In this document: positions 1 through 8,037 of the stretch, one piece after another
Numbering within the stretch: position 1 is the stretch's first letter
Layout: the number at the start of each line of letters is the position of its first letter
NCBI RefSeq assembly: GCF_965247185.1
Contig: NZ_CBDFHA010000001.1
Location: forward strand, 50,215-114,214
Reading direction: 5' to 3'
Source of the DNA: Deinococcus sp.
GTDB taxonomy: Bacteria > Deinococcota > Deinococci > Deinococcales > Deinococcaceae
Length of the DNA stretch: 64,000 nucleotides
Notes under the pieces: model-generated
What the model was told of the DNA's origin: nothing
The model's input: only the letters and a program-made list of their open reading frames with translations
Database searches by the model: none
Translations under genes and position numbers: made by a program

Positions 1-873
1 TTCAAGAAGAACATGGGGCCGTTTGCGCCGGAACTGTACCGCCTGCATGTACCCAATATGTACCGCGTGCCCAAGGGTATGACCCCCGAAGAGTATTTGC
101 AATGGTCTTGCGATCAACTCGATTTTGCGCTGACCGCTTATATCGACGGCTCGGCGATTGCCGCGTTTGTGATCGAGCCGGTGCTGGGCGAGGGCGGTAT
201 TGTCCCAATTCCCGCCAAGTTTCTAGAGAAAGTGCGCGAAGTCTGTGACCGAGTAGGCGCAGTGATGATCGCCGACGAGATTCAGAGTGGATCGGGGCGC
301 ACCGGCAAGCTGTTTGCCATCGAGCATAGCGGCGTGGTGCCCGACCTGATCACGGTGGCCAAGAGCCTGGGAGCCGGCATGCCGATCAGCGCGGTGGTGG
401 GCCGGGCCGAGATCATGGACGCGCCGCACTTGGGCGCGGTGGGCAGCACCTACGGCGGCGGCCCGCTCGCCTGCGCCGCCGCCGTCGCCAGCCTGAAGCT
501 GCTGACCGATCCTGAGTTTCTGGCGGGCGCGACTCGGATCGAAAGCACCGTGCGGCGCGTATTTGAAGGCGTGCAAAAAGACGTGCCCGCGCTGGGCGAC
601 ATCCGGGGAGTAGGCGGCATGATGGCGATTGAGTTTGTGCATCCAGATAGCGGCGACGCCAAGACGCCCTGGCCCGAACTGGTGATGGAAGTGGTGGGGC
701 GCAGTTTCCGGCGCGGCGTGATCGTGATGCGGGCGGGGCTGTTTACCAATGCGGTGCGCTTTCTGCCCGCGCTCAACATTCCGCAGGATCAACTGGAGGA
801 AGCGCTGAACATCGTTGCACAGGTGGTGCGCGAGGTGTACGCCGAACAATCCAGGCAGCCCGTCACCGCATGA
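1..873 (+). CDS. gabT: PLP-dependent class III aminotransferase (4-aminobutyrate aminotransferase-like); 5' end lies outside the window
   Basis: The frame-1 ORF is open to the window edge. Translation shows VIEPVLGEGGI, MIADEIQSGSGRTGK and ITVAKSLGAGMPISA (PLP-lysine context), typical of the Aminotran_3/GabT family. The stop overlaps the next start (ATGA at 870-873). Confidence 0.8.
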   Translation, partial: FKKNMGPFAPELYRLHVPNMYRVPKGMTPEEYLQWSCDQLDFALTAYIDGSAIAAFVIEPVLGEGGIVPIPAKFLEKVREVCDRVGAVMIADEIQSGSGRTGKLFAIEHSGVVPDLITVAKSLGAGMPISAVVGRAEIMDAPHLGAVGSTYGGGPLACAAAVASLKLLTDPEFLAGATRIESTVRRVFEGVQKDVPALGDIRGVGGMMAIEFVHPDSGDAKTPWPELVMEVVGRSFRRGVIVMRAGLFTNAVRFLPALNIPQDQLEEALNIVAQVVREVYAEQSRQPVTA

Positions 874-1559
874 ATGAGGTCTCCGCCCTCCCCATTCACG
901 CCAGCGCTCAGAATGGACGCTTCGTGGTGGTCAATTCGCAACCCTGGATGGCCGACGGTCTGACGCGGGTGCAGCGGGCCTGTTTTCCCGACCTGAGCGA
1001 GGCCGAACTGATGGGGCCGGGGCACTTTCAGCAGCATCTTCAGGTGTTCCCGGAAGGCCAGTTCGCGGTCTGGGACAACGACCAGCAGTGCGTGGCTGCC
1101 AGCAGCACCGATCTGTGCCTGAACATCGATCTGGCCCACTACGCCCACCCGTACATGCAGGAAGTCGGCGACAACACGCTGTCCACCCACGTTCCCGGCG
1201 GCGAGTGGCTGTACGGTGCAGACATCGGCGTGCATCCTGAGTACCGCAGTCAGGGCCTGAGTACGCTGCTGTACGGGGCACGGCAACATCTGGTGCGGCG
1301 TTTGGGATTGAAAGGCCACGTCGCCGGAGCCATGCCCAAAGGCTACGGCGCACACGCCCACGCCATGCCCATCGAGGAATACGTGTACCGGGTGGCGCTC
1401 AACGAACTCAAGGACCCGGTGCTGAGCGTGCAACTGCGGCGCGGCTACCGCGTCTGGGGCATCATTCCCGACTATTTGGACGATGCGAGCTGCCGCCACT
1501 ACGGCGTTTTCATCGTCTGGCGCAATCCGGATATCGGCTGGAGCGAGCGCCATGCCTGA
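870..1559 (+). CDS. GNAT-family N-acetyltransferase
   Basis: 229-aa ORF. The acetyl-CoA-binding-type segment GADIGVHPEYRSQGLSTLLYGARQHLVRRLG matches the GNAT Q/RxxGxG/A pattern. It is coupled to both flanking genes by overlaps. Confidence 0.7.
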   Translation: MNEVSALPIHASAQNGRFVVVNSQPWMADGLTRVQRACFPDLSEAELMGPGHFQQHLQVFPEGQFAVWDNDQQCVAASSTDLCLNIDLAHYAHPYMQEVGDNTLSTHVPGGEWLYGADIGVHPEYRSQGLSTLLYGARQHLVRRLGLKGHVAGAMPKGYGAHAHAMPIEEYVYRVALNELKDPVLSVQLRRGYRVWGIIPDYLDDASCRHYGVFIVWRNPDIGWSERHA

Positions 1560-3126
1560 CCTGTTGCTGTACCACGCCCGGTTTTTGACGCTGAACGAGG
1601 GCCAGCCGAAAGCCGAAGCGCTGCTGATCCGGGCCGGAAAAATAGTCGCTGTGGGGGCGCTGGAACGGGTGCAGGCGCAGGCTCTGCCGGACGTGCAGCG
1701 GCGAGATTTGAATGGTGCGGTGGTGGTGCCGGGCCTGAACGACGCGCATATTCACGTCTGGAAGGTGGGTCAGCTCCGTACCACGTCGCTGGATTTGCGC
1801 GGCCTGAGCGATCTGGACGAGCTGTATGCGCGGGTGGCTGAGCGGGCAAGCACCCTTGAGCCGGGTCAGTGGCTGGTCGGGCGCGGCTGGAACGAAGCGC
1901 TGCTGGGCGGCCAAGGCCCGACCCGCCGTGGGCTGGACGAAGTTTCGCCTCACAACCCGGTCCTGCTGACCCGCACCTGTGCCCATATCCACGCGGTCAA
2001 TTCGCCCGCGCTGGAGGCCGCCCGCATCACCTCCGGCACGCCTGCACCGGGAGGCGGTGAGATTCACTTCGAGGAAGGTTTGCTGATCGAGACGGCGTTC
2101 GGCCTGCTGACCCGCGCCATGCCCGTCCCTGACGCGGCGCAGTACCAACGCTGGATTGTGGCGGGCCTGGAGTACCTGGCCTCGCTGGGTCTGACGAGCG
2201 TCACTGACCCCGCCGTAGACCCACCGCTGTACGCCGCTTACCGCGCCCTGGACGCACGCGGCGCACTGCCGATCCGGGTCAACCTGCTGTTCATCCGCCG
2301 CCCCGACGGGGGAGACGAGACCTATCCGCTGCCGGAACGGTACGTGTCCGACAGGCTGCGCTGCGACAGCGTCAAGTTCTTCACCGACGGCGGCCTGAGC
2401 GGGGCGACGGCGGCGCTGAGCGTGCCATACCGCAACACGCCGCAGCCCACACGGGGCCTGCTGCGCTTCGAGCCGGACGATCTCTACCGGCTGGCCGAGG
2501 AAGCGCATACGGCAGGCTTTCGCATCGGAGCGCACGCCATCGGAGACAGAGCGCTCGATCAGCTCCTGGACGTATACGAGCGGCTTGAGCGCCAGCATCC
2601 GGGCGGCCAGCGTCACCGCATCGAGCATTTCGGGCTGCCCAGCGCCGACCACCTGCGCCGCGCCGCCGATCTGGGCGTGCATGCCGTGCCGCAGGCGATT
2701 TTTTTGCACGAGCTGCGCGGCAATTTTGAGCGCTATCTGCCGCCGGAGTTTCTGCCGCGCACCTATCCGCTCAGGAGCATGCTGGACGCTGGGCTGAATG
2801 TGGCGCTCAGTTCGGATGGCCCGGTGGTACGCGAGCTGCGCCCGCTGGTGGGCCTGCAAGCGGCGGTGCAGCAGCCGATGACGCCGGGGCAGCAACTCAC
2901 GCCGCTGGAAGCGTTGCGCGCCTATACCCTCGGCGGCGCGCACGCACAGGGCGACAGCGACAATCGCGGCAGCCTGGAAGTGGGAACATGGGCTGATCTC
3001 AGCGTGCTGGCCGCCGACCCACTGACCCATCCGCATCCCGGCAAAATACCACTGCTGGGGAGCTACCTGGGCGGCGTTCCTCTTCCCGCTCCGCACGTCT
3101 CACCCCCAGAAGGAGTTCCATCATGA
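1552..3126 (+). CDS. metal-dependent amidohydrolase (Amidohydro_3-like)
   Basis: I chose the ATG at 1552 (MPDLLLYHARFLTL), which overlaps the upstream stop at 1557-1559. It has the N-terminal HxH metal motif (PGLNDAHIHVW), a later HAIGD, and C-terminal LSSDGPV / GSLEVGTWADL, as in amidohydrolase family 3. The longer track ORF from 1483 overlaps the GNAT gene. Confidence 0.8.
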   Translation: MPDLLLYHARFLTLNEGQPKAEALLIRAGKIVAVGALERVQAQALPDVQRRDLNGAVVVPGLNDAHIHVWKVGQLRTTSLDLRGLSDLDELYARVAERASTLEPGQWLVGRGWNEALLGGQGPTRRGLDEVSPHNPVLLTRTCAHIHAVNSPALEAARITSGTPAPGGGEIHFEEGLLIETAFGLLTRAMPVPDAAQYQRWIVAGLEYLASLGLTSVTDPAVDPPLYAAYRALDARGALPIRVNLLFIRRPDGGDETYPLPERYVSDRLRCDSVKFFTDGGLSGATAALSVPYRNTPQPTRGLLRFEPDDLYRLAEEAHTAGFRIGAHAIGDRALDQLLDVYERLERQHPGGQRHRIEHFGLPSADHLRRAADLGVHAVPQAIFLHELRGNFERYLPPEFLPRTYPLRSMLDAGLNVALSSDGPVVRELRPLVGLQAAVQQPMTPGQQLTPLEALRAYTLGGAHAQGDSDNRGSLEVGTWADLSVLAADPLTHPHPGKIPLLGSYLGGVPLPAPHVSPPEGVPS

Positions 3127-4583
3127 CCCAGACCCCCCCCGCCCTTCGACCCGAACTGCAAGACGTGCCCACCGGGGCCTTCATCGCGGGCGAGTGGCGC
3201 AGCCTGCCGCGCACCTTCAGCGTCGATACGCCGTTCGACGGTTCCGAGCTGGCCCGCGTCTCGGATGCCGGTCCTGACGAAGCGCAGGAAGCCATCGAGG
3301 CGGCGGTGGCGGCGTTTGCGGCCTGGAAGGACGATCACTTCCGCCGCGCCGACCTGATCGCCGGCTGGGCCGATCTGATCGAAGCGAACACCGAGCGCAT
3401 GGCCCGCGTGATGGCGCTGGAGATGGGCAAGCCGCTGGCCGAGTGCAAGGCCGAGATCGGCGGCGGGCTGGGTTATATCCGCTACTACATCGACGCCGCG
3501 CGCCATATCAGCGGCGAGCGCGTCTCCAGCCGCTTTGCCCACAAGCGTGGCCTGACCCGCAGCGAGGCCGTGGGCGTGGTGTACGCGGTCACGCCCTGGA
3601 ACTTTCCGATGTCGATGATTGCCCGCAAGGCTGGCCCGGCGCTGGCGGCAGGCTGCCCGCTGATCCTCAAGCCCGCCGAGCAAAGTCCCCTGACCGCGCT
3701 GCTGCTGGCCGAGCTGTGGCGGCAGGCGGGCGGACCTGCCGGAACGCTGCAAGTCCTGGCGACCAATCAGCCCGCCGAGTTCAGCGCTCCCTTTTTCGAG
3801 GACGCCCGCGTTCGCAAGATCACCTTCACCGGCAGTACCGACGTGGGCCGCCGCCTGTACGCTCAGGCCGCGCCGACCCTGAAGCGCATCAGCCTGGAAC
3901 TGGGCGGGCACGCGCCCACCCTGGTCTTCGCCGACGCCGACCTCGATCTGGCGGTGCGTGAAAGCATGGTCGCCAAGTTCCGCAATGCGGGCCAGACCTG
4001 CATCACCGCCAACCGCTTTTACGTGCATGCGGACGTGGTGGACGAGTTCGCCGCCCGCTTTGCCGAGGCGGCGGGCAAGCTCAAAATGGGCGATCCGCTC
4101 GACCCCGGCACCGAGATCGGCCCGCTGGTCGATGACCAAGGCCATGCCAAGGTCGCGGCTCATGTGCAGGACGCCCTCGAGCGCGGGGCAACGGCGCTGA
4201 CGGGCGGGCAACCCGGTCAGGGGCGCTTCTTTGAGCCGACGGTCCTCAGCGGCGTGCAACCTGGCACCCGCATGCTGAAGGAAGAAACCTTCGGCCCGGT
4301 GGCCCCCATCGTCAGCTTCACTTCGGACGAGGAGGCGGTGAAGCTGGCCAACGACTCGGAATACGGGCTGGCCGCCTACGTCTTTACCCGCGATCTGTCC
4401 CGTGCCTTTCGCGTCACCGAGGCGCTGGAGTTCGGCATCATCGGCGTCAACGACGGCGGCCCGGTGGGCGCGGCGGCCCAGGCTCCCTTCGGCGGCTTCA
4501 AGAACAGCGGCATCGGCAAGGAGGGCGGCCACTGGGGGCTGGACGAGTATTTGCAGGTCAAGTACATCGGCCTGGGCATCTGA
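3123..4583 (+). CDS. gabD: NAD(P)-dependent aldehyde dehydrogenase, succinate-semialdehyde dehydrogenase-like
   Basis: 486 aa. It has the ALDH glutamate motif LELGGHAP and the catalytic-Cys motif FRNAGQTCITANRFYV, which closely resembles the GabD FRNAGQTCVCANR. The start makes an ATGA overlap with the upstream stop (3123-3126). Confidence 0.8.
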   Translation: MTQTPPALRPELQDVPTGAFIAGEWRSLPRTFSVDTPFDGSELARVSDAGPDEAQEAIEAAVAAFAAWKDDHFRRADLIAGWADLIEANTERMARVMALEMGKPLAECKAEIGGGLGYIRYYIDAARHISGERVSSRFAHKRGLTRSEAVGVVYAVTPWNFPMSMIARKAGPALAAGCPLILKPAEQSPLTALLLAELWRQAGGPAGTLQVLATNQPAEFSAPFFEDARVRKITFTGSTDVGRRLYAQAAPTLKRISLELGGHAPTLVFADADLDLAVRESMVAKFRNAGQTCITANRFYVHADVVDEFAARFAEAAGKLKMGDPLDPGTEIGPLVDDQGHAKVAAHVQDALERGATALTGGQPGQGRFFEPTVLSGVQPGTRMLKEETFGPVAPIVSFTSDEEAVKLANDSEYGLAAYVFTRDLSRAFRVTEALEFGIIGVNDGGPVGAAAQAPFGGFKNSGIGKEGGHWGLDEYLQVKYIGLGI

Positions 4584-4672
4584 TATGCAATTGCACGAAA
4601 CCCTTGGAGTGTTGGCGAGCAAGGGTCTCCCTTCCCTAGCGGGTGAGAACCCTTCAGCCATCAGGGAAGGGA

Positions 4673-4701
4673 GCGGGCAAGCGTCCTCATGGGCGGTGTT
4701 C
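4673..4701 (-). repeat. dispersed repeat family, short copy (inverted orientation)
   Basis: The reverse complement reads gaacaccgcccatgaggacgcttgcccgc. It shares the 18-nt core cgcccatgaggacgcttg with the copies at 33635 and 62489. Intergenic. Confidence 0.7.
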
Positions 4702-4806
4702 GCAGATTCCCTGCGATCAGAGCAAAACCGTATGAGATCGGTGCCGCCCGGAACGTCGTTCCACTCTCACCTCCTGCCTTCCTACCTCCAAAAAAAGCTC
4801 CGAGCG

Positions 4807-5763
4807 TCAGGGCACCGTGACGGTGCCGGTATCGGCGTAGCTGCGGTTGATCTGATCGGGGAAGACCACCGCGCCCATCTGCGAGCCGTTGTAGCTGCGT
4901 GCGAAGATTCCGGTGGCGTAGGTTCCGGCAGGCAGGGTGCTGGTCCAGGGGCCGGAGGTCGGCAGGGCGCTGAAGTAGGCGGATCGCCGCACGCTGGAGC
5001 CGTTGGCCGTGACATTCAGGAAGGCCTCTTGCAAAGCGGCAGGCAGGGTGCCGCTGACGCTGTAGCCGCTGCGGCTGAGCGTAACCGCCGCGCTGGGGAG
5101 TGGGAGCAGCATTGACGCGTCCACCGTGAAGGTCTTGGTGTAGCTCTGCGTCCCGACCCTGATGCTGGCGGTATAAGACCCGCTCACGGCAGGCACGTCG
5201 GTACCGGTGTGGAAGGTCACGGCATTGGCGGCGTAGAGGGTGCCGGTCAGCGGTTTGCCCTTGTTGAAGGTGCTCGGCCCCTGCACGGTGTAGTCGGTGT
5301 CGCTGGTCAACGTCAGGCCCCCCGCGTCCCGGAAGGTCGCCGTGAAGCTGTATCCGGCAGGGTTGCCCGCCGACGTGTAGGTGCCGCCGACCACGTCCAG
5401 CCCGTAAGTCCCAACCGTGGTCACAGCGCTCTTGCCCCCGACCGCAGCCGTGATGATCACCGGACTGGCGGCGGCAGTCAGGTGGCGGGCCGTCAGGGTG
5501 CCGTCGCTGCTGACGCTGAGCGTCGTGGGATCGCTGGACGTGAACGTGGCGGTCTGGGCAAACGGCAGGCCGTCGCTCCCGGTCACGCTGACGCCCAATT
5601 TGGTGCTGGTGTCTAGCAGGAGCGGGCCATTGGGTCCAGTGAGCTTGATGCTGGCGACAGTGGGCACACTCGGTTTGGAATCGCAGGCCGAGAGCAGCAC
5701 AACGCTCAGCAGGGGAGCGCAAAGGAGCGCGCGAGGAACTGCCTGGACACTGGAAATGCGCAT
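4807..5763 (-). CDS. secreted lipoprotein with bacterial Ig-like (Big_2-type) repeats
   Basis: I chose the start at 5763 (MRISSVQ...) because GGAGG lies about 10 nt upstream. It has a lipobox (LLSAC). Repeated T/S/V-rich beta segments include TFTSSDPTTLSVSSDGTLTARHLTAAASPVIITAAVGGKSA, which is typical of Big_2. Confidence 0.6.
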   Translation of the reverse strand: MRISSVQAVPRALLCAPLLSVVLLSACDSKPSVPTVASIKLTGPNGPLLLDTSTKLGVSVTGSDGLPFAQTATFTSSDPTTLSVSSDGTLTARHLTAAASPVIITAAVGGKSAVTTVGTYGLDVVGGTYTSAGNPAGYSFTATFRDAGGLTLTSDTDYTVQGPSTFNKGKPLTGTLYAANAVTFHTGTDVPAVSGSYTASIRVGTQSYTKTFTVDASMLLPLPSAAVTLSRSGYSVSGTLPAALQEAFLNVTANGSSVRRSAYFSALPTSGPWTSTLPAGTYATGIFARSYNGSQMGAVVFPDQINRSYADTGTVTVP

Positions 5764-6048
5764 GGTAACGGGCCTCCTTTGAGCCGGAATGGGCGGGACG
5801 AGCTGCCTGGAACCGTACGGAACTGCCGTGGCCGGACGCCGACCACCCGTGTATTTTTTCACAATATGTTGCCGTGCGGATATGGCCCGAACCCTAGCCT
5901 TTCTGAAGGATGAACCTGTGTTCCAGCGTCTCTCACCCGCTCAATAAGGCCAGGGCGACAGGTCGCTAGCGTCCTTTTCCTCTCCGCCACGATCTGCCAT
6001 CACACCGACTGGTCGGTGGTTCGCTGAACCCCTGACGACGCTGCGCCC

Positions 6049-6371
6049 TTGAAGAAACAGGCACAGCAGGTGCACGAGGCGACTGGCCTCTTGGTGACAG
6101 AGGTGACGATCCATCGCCTGTTCGACCAGTTGGGGATCACTTTAAAAAAGACCGTCATCGCCGCTGAGCCAGATGCTGAAGAGCGACGGCAGTCTGTCAA
6201 TGACATTCAGGTATTGTCCTACTCTTCTCGAAACTGAAGGCGCTGGTTCGAGGTGGAAACGGGCGTGTGCTGGAAGACTTCTGGAAGGCCATCAGCAACG
6301 CCTTGTCCACCCTCTCGCCCAAGGATGTGTGGGTCTGGTTTACCGTTGCTTATTCATCACTCTTATTGTGA
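6049..6371 (+). pseudogene. IS630-family transposase remnant (HTH part and C-terminal tail only; DDE core missing; frame change)
   Basis: Frame A reads ...LVTEVTIHRLFDQLGITLKKTVIAAEPDAEERRQ. This is the IS630 pattern: an HTH, then G.t.KKK...AE.D..., then R. A different frame reads KLKALVRGGNGRVLEDFWKAISNALSTLSPKDVWVWFTVAY*, the IS630 C-terminal pattern ...LKallR...L..ai..al....wF...gY. Only about 320 nt remain, so the catalytic core is deleted. The remnant sits in a locally lower-GC stretch. Confidence 0.55.
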
Positions 6372-6671
6372 CAAACGTTCTATTCCCTGTCGCCGAACCG
6401 GAACTCATGTTTCACATAAAAATGGTTAACCTGGCCGACCTTCCTGGCAAGGGATCAGCTCTTTTCAGGCAGAACCGCCGCTCCTTGTCCACTGCGCTAT
6501 TGGCCGCAAAGGCACTCTAGATGTGGTCTCAGTCTTCATTGACCGGGGGTAAGCCGCCGGGGAACGGCCAGATGTGAAATTTTAGAGATATGAGACGCCG
6601 GCGCTTGCGTAAGCTGGCTAAGCAGCGTCTCAACCGCTTTCGCTCTCTCTGCTCCAACAAGGACGGTTCTC

Positions 6672-8015
6672 ATGAAGAAGATACACCTCCTGTTCCTCCC
6701 CCTCAGCGTCCTGCTCCTGAACGCCTGCTCTTCTACTCCCAGCGATCTCGGCGCATTTTCGGGAAACCAACCCGGACAGGTCGCGCCGAGGTATGACTAC
6801 CTCGCCACCTTCACGGTCCAGGCCGGCGATACGCCCGCTTCACTCCAGGCTGCCTCCGGCGGCAAGCTGGTCGGCTGGAACGGGGCAGACTGCGCCGCAA
6901 CCAGTTCCTGTCAGGCCGTGATCGGTCTCAACCGGGGGCTGACGACCCTCAGCGTCTCGACCCTGGAGACCCAACTGCGCCGCAGCGTGACCCTGGAAGC
7001 GAACCGAGATCAGTTCAGTGCCGGCGGCGCGGTCACCGCCACCATCGGCGGCACGCGGGCCACCTGGGCCGACGGAAGTCTGCTGGCCTGGACCGGCGGC
7101 ACGCGGGCGACCTGGGCCGACGGCCAGTACAAGCCCATCCCTCAGAATTCCCAGACCTGGAACACCATTCGCTTGCAGCAGGCTCAGTCACTCGCCCCGA
7201 ACCTGGGGGCAGGCGTCACGGTGGCGGTCATCGACACCGGACTCGACCTGACGCACCCGGCTTTCCAGGGTTCGCTGAGCGACCCTTCGACCTGGCAGGA
7301 CTATTACGCGGGCGACGCGGTGCCGCAGGACGAGGGCGTGCTGGGCACCGGGGGCTACGGTCACGGCTCCAATGTGGCCGGGATCATCCTTCAGATCGCT
7401 CCCCGCGCCAAGATCATGCCGATCCGGATTCTGGGGCCGGACGGCTCCGGCGACGTGCTGAACGTGGCCAAGGCGATCTCCTGGGCCACTGCCAAAGGGG
7501 CCACCATCATCAATCTCAGCTTGGGCAGCAGCAGTTCGTCCAGCGTCGTGCAGGACGCCATCAAAGCGGCCACTGCCAAGAACGTCGTGGTGGTGACCTC
7601 GGCTGGAAACGGCAACCTGGACAAGCTGACCTTCCCGGCTTCGCTCTCAAGTAGCTTCAGCAATCTGCTCAGCGTGGGTAGCGTGGACGCCAACGACGTG
7701 AAATCCAGCTTCTCGAACTACAGCAAGGATTTGGAAGTGATGGCCCCCGGTGAGAACGTTTATGCCCCGGCTCCCGGCAACCTGATGGCGGCCTGGAGCG
7801 GCACCAGCATGTCGGCTCCGATGGTGTCGGGCGGGCTGGCCCTGGCGCTTGGACAGCCGCTGAAGGTGTCGGTTTCCGGCCTGCTGCAAATCGGTGCGCG
7901 CAGCAGCTACAACATCTACGGTGTGCCGCTGAATGCGCCCTACATGGGCAAATTGGGCTTTGGCAGGCTGGACTTGGCCGCCTTCCTGACCCAGGCTCAG
8001 TCCGTCGAACCCTGA
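6672..8015 (+). CDS. S8 (subtilisin-like) serine peptidase, lipoprotein
   Basis: It has a lipobox (LLLNAC). The Asp/His/Ser catalytic motifs are AVIDTGLDLTHPAF, GHGSNVAGII and GTSMSAPMVSGG. Confidence 0.85.
   Translation: MKKIHLLFLPLSVLLLNACSSTPSDLGAFSGNQPGQVAPRYDYLATFTVQAGDTPASLQAASGGKLVGWNGADCAATSSCQAVIGLNRGLTTLSVSTLETQLRRSVTLEANRDQFSAGGAVTATIGGTRATWADGSLLAWTGGTRATWADGQYKPIPQNSQTWNTIRLQQAQSLAPNLGAGVTVAVIDTGLDLTHPAFQGSLSDPSTWQDYYAGDAVPQDEGVLGTGGYGHGSNVAGIILQIAPRAKIMPIRILGPDGSGDVLNVAKAISWATAKGATIINLSLGSSSSSSVVQDAIKAATAKNVVVVTSAGNGNLDKLTFPASLSSSFSNLLSVGSVDANDVKSSFSNYSKDLEVMAPGENVYAPAPGNLMAAWSGTSMSAPMVSGGLALALGQPLKVSVSGLLQIGARSSYNIYGVPLNAPYMGKLGFGRLDLAAFLTQAQSVEP
7047..7123 (+). repeat. 29-nt direct repeat (two copies, 48-nt period) encoding GGTRATWADG twice
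   Basis: ggcggcacgcgggcSacctgggccgacgg occurs at 7047-7075 and at 7095-7123, inside the pro-region of the S8 peptidase. Confidence 0.8.
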
Positions 8016-8037
8016 TGAGCGGGCACCTGCCTGTCAA

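Noticed and set aside
4643-4735. 30-codon GTG-initiated ORF reading through the repeat copy (…GKRPHGRCSQIP…). It mirrors the AAKRPHGRCSGQED peptide in the PKS linker.
   Set aside because: The peptide similarity is simply the consequence of nucleotide identity of the repeat. The other intergenic copies are not embedded in conserved ORFs, and there is no RBS.
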